From a virus, in the IMG/VR virus record IMGVR_UViG_3300021197_001481, positions 22,817 to 86,816 of that record: a stretch of DNA of 64,000 nucleotides. One strand, 5' to 3'. Below the pieces are notes generated by a model. It saw only the letters and a list, made by a program, of their open reading frames with translations, made no database searches and had not been told where the DNA came from. A program made the position numbers and the translations under genes. Below are positions 50,333-60,139 of this stretch, piece after piece. Positions within the stretch are counted from its first letter, which is position 1, and each line of letters begins with the position of its first letter.

Positions 50333-51237
50333 TTGATTCAGATAAAATTTTAGTAACAGGCGGTGGTGGTCTGGTTGGTTCTTGTGTGACAGGAACCCAC
50401 AAACCTCGATCAAGTGAAGTTGATCTCATGAATTTCAATGAGATCGATTCATACATTCGTGACAATAATATTGATTATGTTGTTCACTGTGCAGCAAGAG
50501 TCGGTGGTGTCAAAGAAAACTCTGAGAAACTAGGAGAGTTCTTTTATCAAAATATACAGATGAACCTCAATCTACTTGAGGCATGTAGGGTGAATAATGT
50601 TAAGAAGGTAGTCTCAACACTAACCACTTGCATTTTCCCTGCCGAAGCAACATACCCTCTCACATATGATCAACTCCACAACGGAGAACCACATGAATCA
50701 AACTACGGTTATGCATATGCCAAGAGGATGTTGGAGATCAACTCTAGAGCATACCGAGATCAGTATGGGATGAACATTGTTAATATTATTCCATGTAACG
50801 TATACGGTCCAAGAGATAATTTCAATGTTCAGGAAGGACACGTTGTTCCGGGTTTGATTAACAAAGCATATCATGCAAAATGGAGTGGATCACCTCTCCA
50901 AGTATGGGGTGATGGTTCTCCGCTCAGAGAATTTTTGTACTCTGAGGATCTGGGGAAGATCATGGACTGGGTTCTACATAATTACAATGATCCAGAACCG
51001 TTGGTTGCCTCGCCAGACGAGGAAATCTCAATTGGACACGTTGCCGAAAAACTTAAGGAAATTTATGGGTTGGACGAACTTGTGTTCCAAGACGACATGC
51101 CTATGGGTCAACTAAGAAAACCATCAGACAATAGTAAACTAAAGAGTCTACTAGACTTCGAGTTTACATCGTTTGATGATGGACTAGAAAAAACCGTATC
51201 TTGGTTTGACAATAATTATGAAAGTGCTAGAAAATGA
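50329..51237 (+). CDS. GDP-L-fucose synthase-family epimerase/reductase (Fcl, or ColC here)
   Basis: VTGGGGLVGS, AARVGG, CIFP, SNYGYAYAKR, NVYGP.DNF, HVVPGLI, WGDGSPLREF. Confidence 0.88.
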   Translation: MIDSDKILVTGGGGLVGSCVTGTHKPRSSEVDLMNFNEIDSYIRDNNIDYVVHCAARVGGVKENSEKLGEFFYQNIQMNLNLLEACRVNNVKKVVSTLTTCIFPAEATYPLTYDQLHNGEPHESNYGYAYAKRMLEINSRAYRDQYGMNIVNIIPCNVYGPRDNFNVQEGHVVPGLINKAYHAKWSGSPLQVWGDGSPLREFLYSEDLGKIMDWVLHNYNDPEPLVASPDEEISIGHVAEKLKEIYGLDELVFQDDMPMGQLRKPSDNSKLKSLLDFEFTSFDDGLEKTVSWFDNNYESARK

Positions 51238-52373
51238 AAACTTGGAAACTAATGGACAAAGCAATCACTGCCGACCAGCGGGAAAGATTGTCAGATTTCA
51301 TACTAAATGAAGACAAGTTTTCTCAGGGAAAATATGTCCGAGAGTTTGAAGAAAAGTGGTCTGCATGGCAGGGTTGTAAGTATTCTGTCTTTGTTAACTC
51401 GGGATCATCTGCAAATTTTCTAGCAGTCCATGCTATGGAACGTCGAGGAGATGGACGAGATATGTGGGTCTCTCAAGCGTGTACATGGGCAACTACTGTC
51501 AGTCCAATCATGTTGTCTGGAAATAACCTACAGTTGTGTGACGTAAACATTCCCACACTGTCACCCAACATAGATTGTTTGAATCTTGTAATTGATAGAA
51601 TGAAACCAAACTATCTTTTTCTCGCAAACCTTCTAGGGTTTTCTGCACTAAGTGATGATCTACTACAGATCTGCGATGAAAATAAAATTACCCTCCTTGA
51701 AGATTGTTGTGAGTCTCATGGAGCAACATTTAAAGGAGAGAAGGTAGGTAATTTTGGAAAGGTTTCTACGTTCTCTTTCTTTTATGGTCATCATATGACA
51801 ACCATTGAAGGTGGTATGTGTTGCACAAACGACGAAGAAGTTTATGAAAAACTCCTCCTACTAAGATCACATGGACTACACCGAGAACTTCCAGAAACAT
51901 CAAGAGAGAGGTATGAAGATAAACTTGTAGATGAAAATTTTACTTTTCTTACTCCGGGTTTTAACGTAAGATCTACAGAACTAAATGCTTTGCTTGGAAT
52001 TATGCAATTGGAAAATCTAGATGAAAATATTCAAATCCGAAAAAACAACTTTGAGATTTTTGCCAGAGGACTAGATCCAAATCGCTTCTATGGTGATTTT
52101 GATATTGAAGAAAATTCTAGTTTCTGTTTTCCAGTTATTATGCGAAAAGAGACACCTGAAAATTTAAGAGAAGAACTCAGTAGGATGGGAGTGGAGACTC
52201 GACCAATCATTGCCGGGAATCTATTTCGTCATCCTTTCATGGATCGTGTCTCACAGTTTAGATTTGATGACAACGCAGAGATTGTTCACAATCATGGTTT
52301 CTATGTTGGTAACAACCACAACGTGAAACCAGAGGACGTTAGTTGGTTGGTTGATTTTTTGAATGAGGTTTGA
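51234..52373 (+). CDS. PLP-dependent GDP-4-keto-6-deoxymannose 3-dehydratase (ColD-like)
   Basis: VNSGSSAN, EDCCESHGA and SFFYGHHMTTIEGG, with His replacing the catalytic Lys of DegT aminotransferases. Confidence 0.8.
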   Translation: MKTWKLMDKAITADQRERLSDFILNEDKFSQGKYVREFEEKWSAWQGCKYSVFVNSGSSANFLAVHAMERRGDGRDMWVSQACTWATTVSPIMLSGNNLQLCDVNIPTLSPNIDCLNLVIDRMKPNYLFLANLLGFSALSDDLLQICDENKITLLEDCCESHGATFKGEKVGNFGKVSTFSFFYGHHMTTIEGGMCCTNDEEVYEKLLLLRSHGLHRELPETSRERYEDKLVDENFTFLTPGFNVRSTELNALLGIMQLENLDENIQIRKNNFEIFARGLDPNRFYGDFDIEENSSFCFPVIMRKETPENLREELSRMGVETRPIIAGNLFRHPFMDRVSQFRFDDNAEIVHNHGFYVGNNHNVKPEDVSWLVDFLNEV

Positions 52374-52375
52374 TC

Positions 52376-53062
52376 ATGAAAGTTTTAGTAATGAACATAG
52401 CGACAAACAAATACACACAGTTTGTCGATGATTTTTATAAGTCGTGTGAGCAGTTTTTCCTTCCCAATGTCGATGTGAGTTATCTTTTGTTTACGGATAA
52501 CATGGACTTTGATACTACAGTTAATGTGCCTTTTAGAAAGAGTTATGTTGAGCATAAACCATTTCCAGAACCAACACTAAAAAGATTTCATTACTTCCTA
52601 CAGGAACGAGAGTATATCGAGACGTTTGATTATGTCTTCTACTCTGATGTTGACATGAAATTTGTTCGACCGGTTGATCCCTCTGAAATTTGTTCAGATC
52701 TAACTCTCACAATACATCCTCTGATAAGAAAAAAAGAACAATTTACATACGAAACAAATCCTGAAAGCACTGCCTTTATCGACCCAACCAGAGAAGGTGA
52801 CCATTATTTTTGTGGTGGTTTCAACGGCGGATCTTCCAAAACATTTATGCAGATGTCAGATAATCTTTCTAATAACATTGACAAAGATGAAGAAAGAGAT
52901 ATACTTGCGGTGTGGCATGATGAAAGTCATATAAATCGCTATGCGATAAACAATCCCCCAACGAATATAGTTGATTGGTGTGTTACTGATTGGTATTGGG
53001 GTAGAACAGGACAAGGTAAACTAATTTGTTTATCTAAAGACCACGCGGAGATTAGATCATGA
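52376..53062 (+). CDS. GT6 alpha-1,3-GalNAc/Gal transferase (ABO-family)
   Basis: IATNKY, FTD, DVD, YETNP.STAFI, YFCGGFNGG, AVWHDESHINRY. Confidence 0.9.
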   Translation: MKVLVMNIATNKYTQFVDDFYKSCEQFFLPNVDVSYLLFTDNMDFDTTVNVPFRKSYVEHKPFPEPTLKRFHYFLQEREYIETFDYVFYSDVDMKFVRPVDPSEICSDLTLTIHPLIRKKEQFTYETNPESTAFIDPTREGDHYFCGGFNGGSSKTFMQMSDNLSNNIDKDEERDILAVWHDESHINRYAINNPPTNIVDWCVTDWYWGRTGQGKLICLSKDHAEIRS

Positions 53063-53676
53063 AATTAAATTTAACAGAATTGCCAGTTGTTTATATTAAC
53101 CTCGACAGAGACTCTGAAAAAAGACAGAGTATGGAAAAGATTTTTGATGAACACGGATTCAAAAACGTCCATAGATCTCCGGGGGTAATTGTTCCAAATG
53201 AACATGTATGCGTCGGCATATCTCACGCCTTTAGAGATGCGTTTGAGTTGGCGTTCTCCGTCAGTGATGGAGGTCCATTCTTGATGTTTGAGGATGATTT
53301 GGTTACAAGACCTTCTTTCAGAACAGAAATTGATATCCCGGATGATTATGACGCATGTTATCTTGGGATTTCTACATGGGCAAGAGTTAATGGAATAAGC
53401 GGTCCTTATTTACGGGGTGCCGATCTTCCCGACCGGTCTGACTTGATTCGTATCTATAATATGCTATCAGGACACGCTATACTTTATAGTGGAAATGAAT
53501 ATTCAAAAGTTATTCATGCTAAGATGACGAAAGCAATACAAGATAAAACATATCAAGACATTGAGTTTGCCGAAACTATGGGCAACTATAATGTTTATGC
53601 GTTCACTGATCCCTTTTTCTATCAATCGAGCAGCGAGAACGTGACTAATCTCACACTAAGTAAAAGCACAGTATGA
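53059..53676 (+). CDS. Glycosyltransferase, GT25-like
   Basis: YINLD...KR, G...A, FEDD, YLG, MLSGHAILY; paralogue-like to 48048..48710. Confidence 0.65.
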   Translation: MKLNLTELPVVYINLDRDSEKRQSMEKIFDEHGFKNVHRSPGVIVPNEHVCVGISHAFRDAFELAFSVSDGGPFLMFEDDLVTRPSFRTEIDIPDDYDACYLGISTWARVNGISGPYLRGADLPDRSDLIRIYNMLSGHAILYSGNEYSKVIHAKMTKAIQDKTYQDIEFAETMGNYNVYAFTDPFFYQSSSENVTNLTLSKSTV

Positions 53677-54503
53677 TAGGTATATTTCACGCAGGACAAT
53701 TAAATAATAATGGTCCCGGCAAAGTAGCAACTAATCTAATCAAGGGTCTAAAAAGACTTGGACACACGGTAGTAGAAAACCAAGAGGGCGATTATACCGG
53801 TTGTCTTGCATCATGGTCCCCCCGATTCAAGGATCTACCGAAAAAAACTTTGGTTGGACCAAATTTAGTTGTGCTTCCTACAGATGACCCTGAAATTTGG
53901 AGTTTGTTTAATAACTTAATTGTTCCATGTGATTGGGTTAAGAACTATTTTAACCACTTTCCGCTGACAAGAAATACAAACCTTCATATCTGGCCAGTTG
54001 GAATTGACACTGATCATTTTTGTCCTCATGGAGAAAAAGATGTAGACTGTTGCATTTATTTTAAAAATGGATCTGTAGACACAAGAAATGAACTTATTCA
54101 GATACTACAAGAAAAGGGTATGAGTTACATAGAAGTAAACTATGGAAATTATACCGAAGAAGATTTTATACAGGCAACGAGACGATGTAGATTTTGTGTT
54201 ACAATAACATCTACGGAAAGTCAAGGAATCGCTTACCAAGAAATATTATCTATGGGTGTCCCTTGTTATGTTGTGGAACAACCTATTTGGGATCACCGTC
54301 CGGGGTTCTCTTTCCCTGCCACATCTGCCCCATACTTTGATGTACGGTGTGGGATTAAATGTTTGGACTTATCTTTCTTTGATAAGTTCATCACTGAACT
54401 TCCAACCTTTAAACCAAGAAACTATATACTAGAGAATCTTACACTAGAAAAGTGTGCGAGTGAATACGTTTCGTTATTGGAAATTAGTAATGCCGATTTT
54501 TAA
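53673..54503 (+). CDS. Putative GT-B glycosyltransferase
   Basis: GPGKV..NL, VP..WV, WPVGIDTD.F, ESQGIA.QE.LS.GVP resembling the GT4 E-x7-E motif. Confidence 0.6.
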   Translation: MIGIFHAGQLNNNGPGKVATNLIKGLKRLGHTVVENQEGDYTGCLASWSPRFKDLPKKTLVGPNLVVLPTDDPEIWSLFNNLIVPCDWVKNYFNHFPLTRNTNLHIWPVGIDTDHFCPHGEKDVDCCIYFKNGSVDTRNELIQILQEKGMSYIEVNYGNYTEEDFIQATRRCRFCVTITSTESQGIAYQEILSMGVPCYVVEQPIWDHRPGFSFPATSAPYFDVRCGIKCLDLSFFDKFITELPTFKPRNYILENLTLEKCASEYVSLLEISNADF

Positions 54504-55326
54504 ATGTCATGGTATAGATTGGGTTTCTCCTCCTGATTGGTTTTCGACCGACAGAGACATTGCTCTAGTGCAAAGAATTTCTGATTGGACTCCCGAGGAA
54601 AACTTCTTTAATGTTTTTCTGGATTCACATGAACCTAATTTTTTTCTAGAAACAAAGTCATCTGAAGTTTTAGAACGACATGAAGATTTTGATTTAATTG
54701 TAACTAGAAGACCAGAATTGTTGCATCTTCCAAATGCAATTAGGTTTTGCTATGGTACAACTTGGATCCGCGAAGAGGTCAGAGAAAAACTATCAAAGAA
54801 CAAATCACCAAAGGTTTCGTATACGATGACTACCAAGTATTGGGAGAGTGAATCGGGTGAAACGGCAGATGGATATCAATTACGATTTCAAATTCTAGAT
54901 ATGTGGTCAAACGTAGAATCATTATCTGCACTACCTATTGATTTTTACGAGAGCGAAAAGTTCCCGATGGGAATATTTCCTCTAAGTTTAGAGGGGGAAC
55001 ATGGAAGAGATGTATTAATGGAGTATATGTTTCACATCGCCGTGGAAAACTGTCGAACACCAAATTACTTTAGCGAAAAATTGATGGATTGTTTTATGTC
55101 AAAAACACTACCAATTTATTTTGGATGTCCAAACATATCTGAATATTTCGATACATCTGGCATGATCATCATCGACAATCTTAGTAATTTAAATGTGGTT
55201 CTGTCAAATCTAACAGTGGATGATTATGAAACAAGAAAAGAAGCGATTGACAGGAACTTTGAGTTAGCAAAACAATATGAAAAATTCCCTGACAGATTAT
55301 TCACCGAGATAGAGAAAAGAATTTAA
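54490..55326 (+). CDS. GT10-like alpha-1,3/4-fucosyltransferase
   Basis: YMFHIAVENC..PNYFSEKL.DCF...TLPIYFG matches the alpha-1,3-FucT motif. Confidence 0.78.
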   Translation: MPIFKCHGIDWVSPPDWFSTDRDIALVQRISDWTPEENFFNVFLDSHEPNFFLETKSSEVLERHEDFDLIVTRRPELLHLPNAIRFCYGTTWIREEVREKLSKNKSPKVSYTMTTKYWESESGETADGYQLRFQILDMWSNVESLSALPIDFYESEKFPMGIFPLSLEGEHGRDVLMEYMFHIAVENCRTPNYFSEKLMDCFMSKTLPIYFGCPNISEYFDTSGMIIIDNLSNLNVVLSNLTVDDYETRKEAIDRNFELAKQYEKFPDRLFTEIEKRI

Positions 55327-55328
55327 TT

Positions 55329-56021
55329 ATGACTAAACATTTGTTATTATGTTTTAGTTCGTTTCATGTAGATACTGATCCGAACAATAAACGAGAAGAA
55401 GAGTATGCCATTTGTTATGAACAACTTCTTAGAGTTTTACCAAGTGATTTTAATTGTAGGTTTATTGATAATACCACAAACAATATATCTGATATAAAAA
55501 ACGAAAGACTAAAAAATGTTCTTGCAGGAACTCCATCAATCTTGTATGATAACAACGTAGGAAAAACAAACAAAGGATTGGGTGAATTGGACATGTTGGT
55601 CCGAGCAAAGAAACTTCTAGACTTTTTGGATTATAAAACAATTAGTTACCACTCTGGACGTAAGATTGTAACCTGTCCATATGTCTTTGACAAAACCAGA
55701 GAAACTAAAAAAGATGCTATGTTGTCTAACCCCCCGATATATTCTCTAATGACAGGAACACCATATCCGATGGGAAAAAATCTTTACAATGATATGTTCT
55801 TTTCAATGGGAAGTGAAGTGATGTTACAGTATTGCGTATACTGTGAGACTATTCTTAAGAATGGATCTTCTGGGTTAGGTTCTGAGCAAATTTTATACAA
55901 TTTTATTAATGAAAACCAAATTGACTTTGAGTGGATTGAACATCTAGGATTTATTAGAAATGACTGGGAACTCTCGGGCAATGGATACACAAGACAAGAA
56001 GGAAATGCCCAGTGGATATAA
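55329..56021 (+). CDS. Hypothetical protein in the glycan island
   Basis: 230-aa ORF; NKGLGE and SGR motifs, possibly glycosyltransferase-like. Confidence 0.5.
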   Translation: MTKHLLLCFSSFHVDTDPNNKREEEYAICYEQLLRVLPSDFNCRFIDNTTNNISDIKNERLKNVLAGTPSILYDNNVGKTNKGLGELDMLVRAKKLLDFLDYKTISYHSGRKIVTCPYVFDKTRETKKDAMLSNPPIYSLMTGTPYPMGKNLYNDMFFSMGSEVMLQYCVYCETILKNGSSGLGSEQILYNFINENQIDFEWIEHLGFIRNDWELSGNGYTRQEGNAQWI

Positions 56022-57112
56022 GAAATGAAGTTTTACCTGTCTTGCGACCTGTTGGTGGTGTCGAAGAAATAAATGCCTTATCCGATGTAATAAACAGTGG
56101 GTGGTGGGGTAAAGGTCCAAAGGTAACCGAGTTTGAAAAGAAGTTTGCAGAGATGGTTGGTGCAAAGTATGCAGTTGCTGTTAGTAGCAACACTCATGGA
56201 TTGGATTTGGTTTTAAAGGCCAAAGGTATTGAACATGATGACGTTATCAGTCCAACAATGTCTTTTGCTACAACCGCTATTGCTCCCTTGTGGAACAACT
56301 GTACGTCTACTATTGTGGATGTTGAAAGAGATACACTTTGTATTGATCCAAAATCAGTCAAAGAAAACCTGTCTCCAAATACAAAAGCAATCATTGCAGT
56401 AAACATGGCGGGAGTTCCTGCCAAGATTGATGAGATTAGAAATTTTTATGATGGATTTATCATTGAAGATTGTGCCCATAGTTGTTATACTTATGGTGCA
56501 GGTTCTAAAGGAGATGTTGCAATTTGGTCTTTTCAAGCAGTAAAAACTATGCCCTGTGGTGATGGGGGAATGATAACAACTAATGATAAAGAACTATATG
56601 AAAAACTAGTTCCTATGTCTTGGATGGGAATTTCCAGTACACACGAAAGAACAAAGGGTGTAGATGGTAAACCCGGATACTCTTGGGATTATGATATTAA
56701 ACTACTTGGAACCAAATCATATATGATTGATATATCGGCGGCAATTTGTTTGGAACAAATGAAGAAACTTCCAGATGCTTTGGAAAGAAGACGATACATA
56801 CAAAAAACATATAACGAACAACTAAATGAAATATTAGAAATTCCCGTTTGGTCTGAAACAGTTCAACACTATGGAGCAAGAGTACATCTAAAAGAACACA
56901 GAAATAAACTTATGGATTACTTAGCAGATAAAAAGATACACACATCGGTACACTACAAACCCCTTCATCTACACACTTTATTAAAGGATGGTAAGAAATT
57001 ACCGGTAGCAGAAGAAGAGTGGCAAAAACTTATATCTTTGCCTTGTCATTCTGCGATGACACAAGAAGACATTGATTATGTAATTTACTGGGTAAAGGAA
57101 TATTTTAAATGA
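56012..57112 (+). CDS. DegT/DnrJ-family NDP-sugar aminotransferase
   Basis: GPKV.EFE..FA, IEDCAHS, SFQAVKTMPCGDGGM with catalytic Lys, SLPCH. Confidence 0.9.
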   Translation: MDIRNEVLPVLRPVGGVEEINALSDVINSGWWGKGPKVTEFEKKFAEMVGAKYAVAVSSNTHGLDLVLKAKGIEHDDVISPTMSFATTAIAPLWNNCTSTIVDVERDTLCIDPKSVKENLSPNTKAIIAVNMAGVPAKIDEIRNFYDGFIIEDCAHSCYTYGAGSKGDVAIWSFQAVKTMPCGDGGMITTNDKELYEKLVPMSWMGISSTHERTKGVDGKPGYSWDYDIKLLGTKSYMIDISAAICLEQMKKLPDALERRRYIQKTYNEQLNEILEIPVWSETVQHYGARVHLKEHRNKLMDYLADKKIHTSVHYKPLHLHTLLKDGKKLPVAEEEWQKLISLPCHSAMTQEDIDYVIYWVKEYFK

Positions 57113-57159
57113 AAGAAAAAGTAAAAATTGATGATCGATACGTATGGAGTCCTAAGTGA
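57109..57159 (+). CDS. 16-codon mini-ORF (MKEKVKIDDRYVWSPK)
   Basis: ATGA overlap with the upstream stop, GTGA overlap with the downstream start, AAGGA upstream. Confidence 0.35.
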   Translation: MKEKVKIDDRYVWSPK

Positions 57160-58010
57160 ACACACTTTATACAATTGAAGGGACTAAAAACAATGACCAG
57201 AATCCAATCTATAACTCATTGGACCATCCAGACTTTCAAGATAAACTGTCACAGTTCAAAGAAACCTTAGTTTCTTGTTTTTCTAATAAACAATCTAAAA
57301 CTTTTTATAAGTTTGGGGACGGTGACTATTATTTTCTTCGGGGTGAGGGAATTGGTAGTGCAACACCCGGAAGAAGAGCATTATCAAAAAAATATTCTGA
57401 TATTAAACACGAAGAGTTTGTGTCAGGCGTTCCCCTGAATGACTATATCGGAGTTGAAACTTACAACATACCACTATTTTCAAGTCTTTATCCAGATAGA
57501 CCGGCAGACTATTATGCCGAATATGGATATGGGTTGACTGCAAATAAATGGTTGACTGCCACATTTGGAGAATCTATTGGTGTCATTGGAGCAGGTCCAA
57601 AGATTCGACTCATTGAGGAACTCATACAAAATAAAGAGTATCAAGAGTATCTTGGTCTAGAGAAGTTTACCGACTACATTGAGATACCACAAAAATTTGC
57701 ATGTGATGATATCGATGAAACGGAAAGAATGGTAGGGGAGCAGTTGAGTAACTCATCATCTAAAATTTTTCTACTAGGGATTGGGCATGTAAAATCCGCT
57801 TTGCTGCATCGGTTGAAGAAATATACAAATGCTATTTTCTTGGATGTCGGCAGTGGCATCGATGCTTTGGCAGGAATAATAGATCACAATCGTCCTTACA
57901 TGGCAAACTGGACAAACTACAGAACTACTAATTTTGACTACAGTTCCTTAGATATTTTACAGTATGATATATGGAACACCCCACACAAGATGTTAAAGGA
58001 AAAGGATTGA
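57156..58010 (+). CDS. Putative GT-D fold (DUF1792-like) glycosyltransferase
   Basis: FYKFGDGD resembles the RFGDGE motif; C-terminal LLGIG...AIFLDVGS resembles LxxLG...AIDIGH. Confidence 0.5.
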   Translation: MNTLYTIEGTKNNDQNPIYNSLDHPDFQDKLSQFKETLVSCFSNKQSKTFYKFGDGDYYFLRGEGIGSATPGRRALSKKYSDIKHEEFVSGVPLNDYIGVETYNIPLFSSLYPDRPADYYAEYGYGLTANKWLTATFGESIGVIGAGPKIRLIEELIQNKEYQEYLGLEKFTDYIEIPQKFACDDIDETERMVGEQLSNSSSKIFLLGIGHVKSALLHRLKKYTNAIFLDVGSGIDALAGIIDHNRPYMANWTNYRTTNFDYSSLDILQYDIWNTPHKMLKEKD

Positions 58011-58012
58011 AT

Positions 58013-58759
58013 ATGAAAAAGATGAAGGGTATTATTTTAGCGGGTGGATCGGGCAGTAGATTACATCCACTCACCGTCGCAGTAAACAAACACCTTTTAC
58101 CCGTTGGAGATAAACCAATGGTCATGCGTTGTTTGGAAAAGTTAACAGAAGCAGGAATTACAGAAATTGCGATCGTTACAAATCCAGAGTATGTTAGTAA
58201 CTTTTCTGCACTCTTAAAAAGTGGTAGTGACTATGGATGTGATATAACATACAAAGTTCAAGATAAAGCAGGAGGCATCGCAGAAGCACTGGAGTTGTGT
58301 GAGAACTTCGTAGGGGGTGACAATTGTACCGTCTTGTTGGGCGACAACATTTTTGAAGAATCACTTGTCGAGCATGTAGAAACCTTTAACAAAGATTGCA
58401 AATTGTTTTTTAAACATGTTCCTGATGGTCATCGTTATGGTGTTGCCTGTTTCGAGGAGGGCGTTGGACTATATGAAATCCTAGAAAAACCCTCCGACGC
58501 TACCTCTGCTTTTGCCGCAGTCGGCATTTATATTTACAGCAGTGAAGTTTTTGATCTGATTAAAAAAGTTAAACCATCATATAGAGGTGAACGTGAAATT
58601 ACTAGCGTTAATAACATGTTCCTCCACAGTAAGTATAAATACACATATGACTTCCTTGATGGGTGGTGGACCGATGCAGGTACAATGGAAACATACATCA
58701 GAGCAAACGAACTGGTTCGTGCGGGACAATATGAAAGATCCAAAGAAATTTCATCTTAA
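58013..58759 (+). CDS. rmlA: Glucose-1-phosphate thymidylyltransferase
   Basis: GIILAGGSGSRLHPLT..NKHLLPV.DKPM, LGDNIF, RGE.EIT, WTDAGT. Confidence 0.9.
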   Translation: MKKMKGIILAGGSGSRLHPLTVAVNKHLLPVGDKPMVMRCLEKLTEAGITEIAIVTNPEYVSNFSALLKSGSDYGCDITYKVQDKAGGIAEALELCENFVGGDNCTVLLGDNIFEESLVEHVETFNKDCKLFFKHVPDGHRYGVACFEEGVGLYEILEKPSDATSAFAAVGIYIYSSEVFDLIKKVKPSYRGEREITSVNNMFLHSKYKYTYDFLDGWWTDAGTMETYIRANELVRAGQYERSKEISS

Positions 58760-59210
58760 CATATACGAGGATGAACGCGGGGCATTTTCAGAAATTTTTC
58801 GTGCTACATCTCATGACGTAAATTTTGTGCAAGATAACCTTTCCGTTTCAAAGTCAGGTGTCTTGCGTGGTCTTCACCACCAAACAATAAAACCTCAAGG
58901 GAAACTTGTTGTTGTTTTGGATGGAAACATACAGGACGTAATAGTTTCATTAAAAACTAAAAGTGTTTTTTCGTATGACCTGAAAAGAGGAGATTGCCTT
59001 TGGGTTCCGCCAAACTATCTTCATGGGTTCTTGTGTTTGACAGATAGTATGGTCATGTACAAATGCACCAATTATTATGACTCAGGATCAGAGATCTCTG
59101 TTGACGCTTTCGATTCTCACCTAGATATAGAGTGGAAGATTGATCGGAAAAATATTATTCGTTCAGAAAAAGATTCTTCTGCTCTTTTATATGATGAGGT
59201 TATATCGTGA
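58731..59210 (+). CDS. rmlC: dTDP-4-dehydrorhamnose 3,5-epimerase
   Basis: DERG.F.E, FVQDN.S.S..GVLRGLH.Q, QGKLV, HGF, YKC..YY, SEKD. Confidence 0.92.
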   Translation: MKDPKKFHLNIYEDERGAFSEIFRATSHDVNFVQDNLSVSKSGVLRGLHHQTIKPQGKLVVVLDGNIQDVIVSLKTKSVFSYDLKRGDCLWVPPNYLHGFLCLTDSMVMYKCTNYYDSGSEISVDAFDSHLDIEWKIDRKNIIRSEKDSSALLYDEVIS

Positions 59211-60139
59211 AAACAATAATGGTTACTGGATGTGCAGGATTTATCGGAGGACATGTGACAGAACGTCTACTGTCTGATGGGTATGATATACTCGGTGTTG
59301 ATTGTCTAACATATGCAGGAAACATGGACTTGATGGATAGACTACAAAACAATCACAAATTACATTTTACCTTCAACCAAAAAAGAATTGGTGAACTAAG
59401 TTCGTCTGATTTAGAACATGTAGACCTTGTGGTAAACCTTGCAGCAGAAACACATGTGGACAACTCAATAAAAAGTAGTGATCCTTTTGTGCAAACAAAT
59501 ATAGTGGAAACACACCATCTATTAGAAAAGTGTAGAGAAAGTAATACTCCACTATTACATTTTTCTACCGACGAGGTATATGGTGTAGTTTTAGATGGTT
59601 CATTCTGTGAAACAGATCCACTGAAACCCAAGAATCCATATTCAGCAACGAAAGCAGCGATTGATCATCTTATTACATCATATCAAAACACATATGGATT
59701 ACAATCAACTATCATAAGACCGTCAAATAACTTTGGTCCAAGGCAGAACGATGAAAAGTTCATACCAACAATTACAAGATCAATCAGGAATCAAAATAAA
59801 ATACCTGTGTATGGAGAAGGACAGCAAGTTAGAGAGTGGACATACGTCAAACATACTGCCGCCGCCGTATCATTTCTCTGTAATAAGTTATTACAGGGAG
59901 AATGCTTTGGAGAAATTTTTAACTTTGGTACATCAGTTGAAATGAAAAATGTTGACTTGGTTAAAAAGTTGTGTAAAATAATAGGAGTTAGTTTTGAAGA
60001 CTCCGTTGAGTTTGTGACCGACCGCCCCGGTCATGATTTCAGATACAGTGTGAACTGTAAAAAGATCTCGAATCTAGGGTTTATTGTCGAACCCAACATA
60101 AATAAAGAATTAGAAGAAACATTAGAGGAATTGAAATGA
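59207..60139 (+). CDS. rmlB: dTDP-glucose 4,6-dehydratase
   Basis: VTGCAGFIG, LTYAGN, AAETHVDNSI, STDEVYG, PYSATKA, DRPGHDFRY. Confidence 0.93.
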   Translation: MKTIMVTGCAGFIGGHVTERLLSDGYDILGVDCLTYAGNMDLMDRLQNNHKLHFTFNQKRIGELSSSDLEHVDLVVNLAAETHVDNSIKSSDPFVQTNIVETHHLLEKCRESNTPLLHFSTDEVYGVVLDGSFCETDPLKPKNPYSATKAAIDHLITSYQNTYGLQSTIIRPSNNFGPRQNDEKFIPTITRSIRNQNKIPVYGEGQQVREWTYVKHTAAAVSFLCNKLLQGECFGEIFNFGTSVEMKNVDLVKKLCKIIGVSFEDSVEFVTDRPGHDFRYSVNCKKISNLGFIVEPNINKELEETLEELK

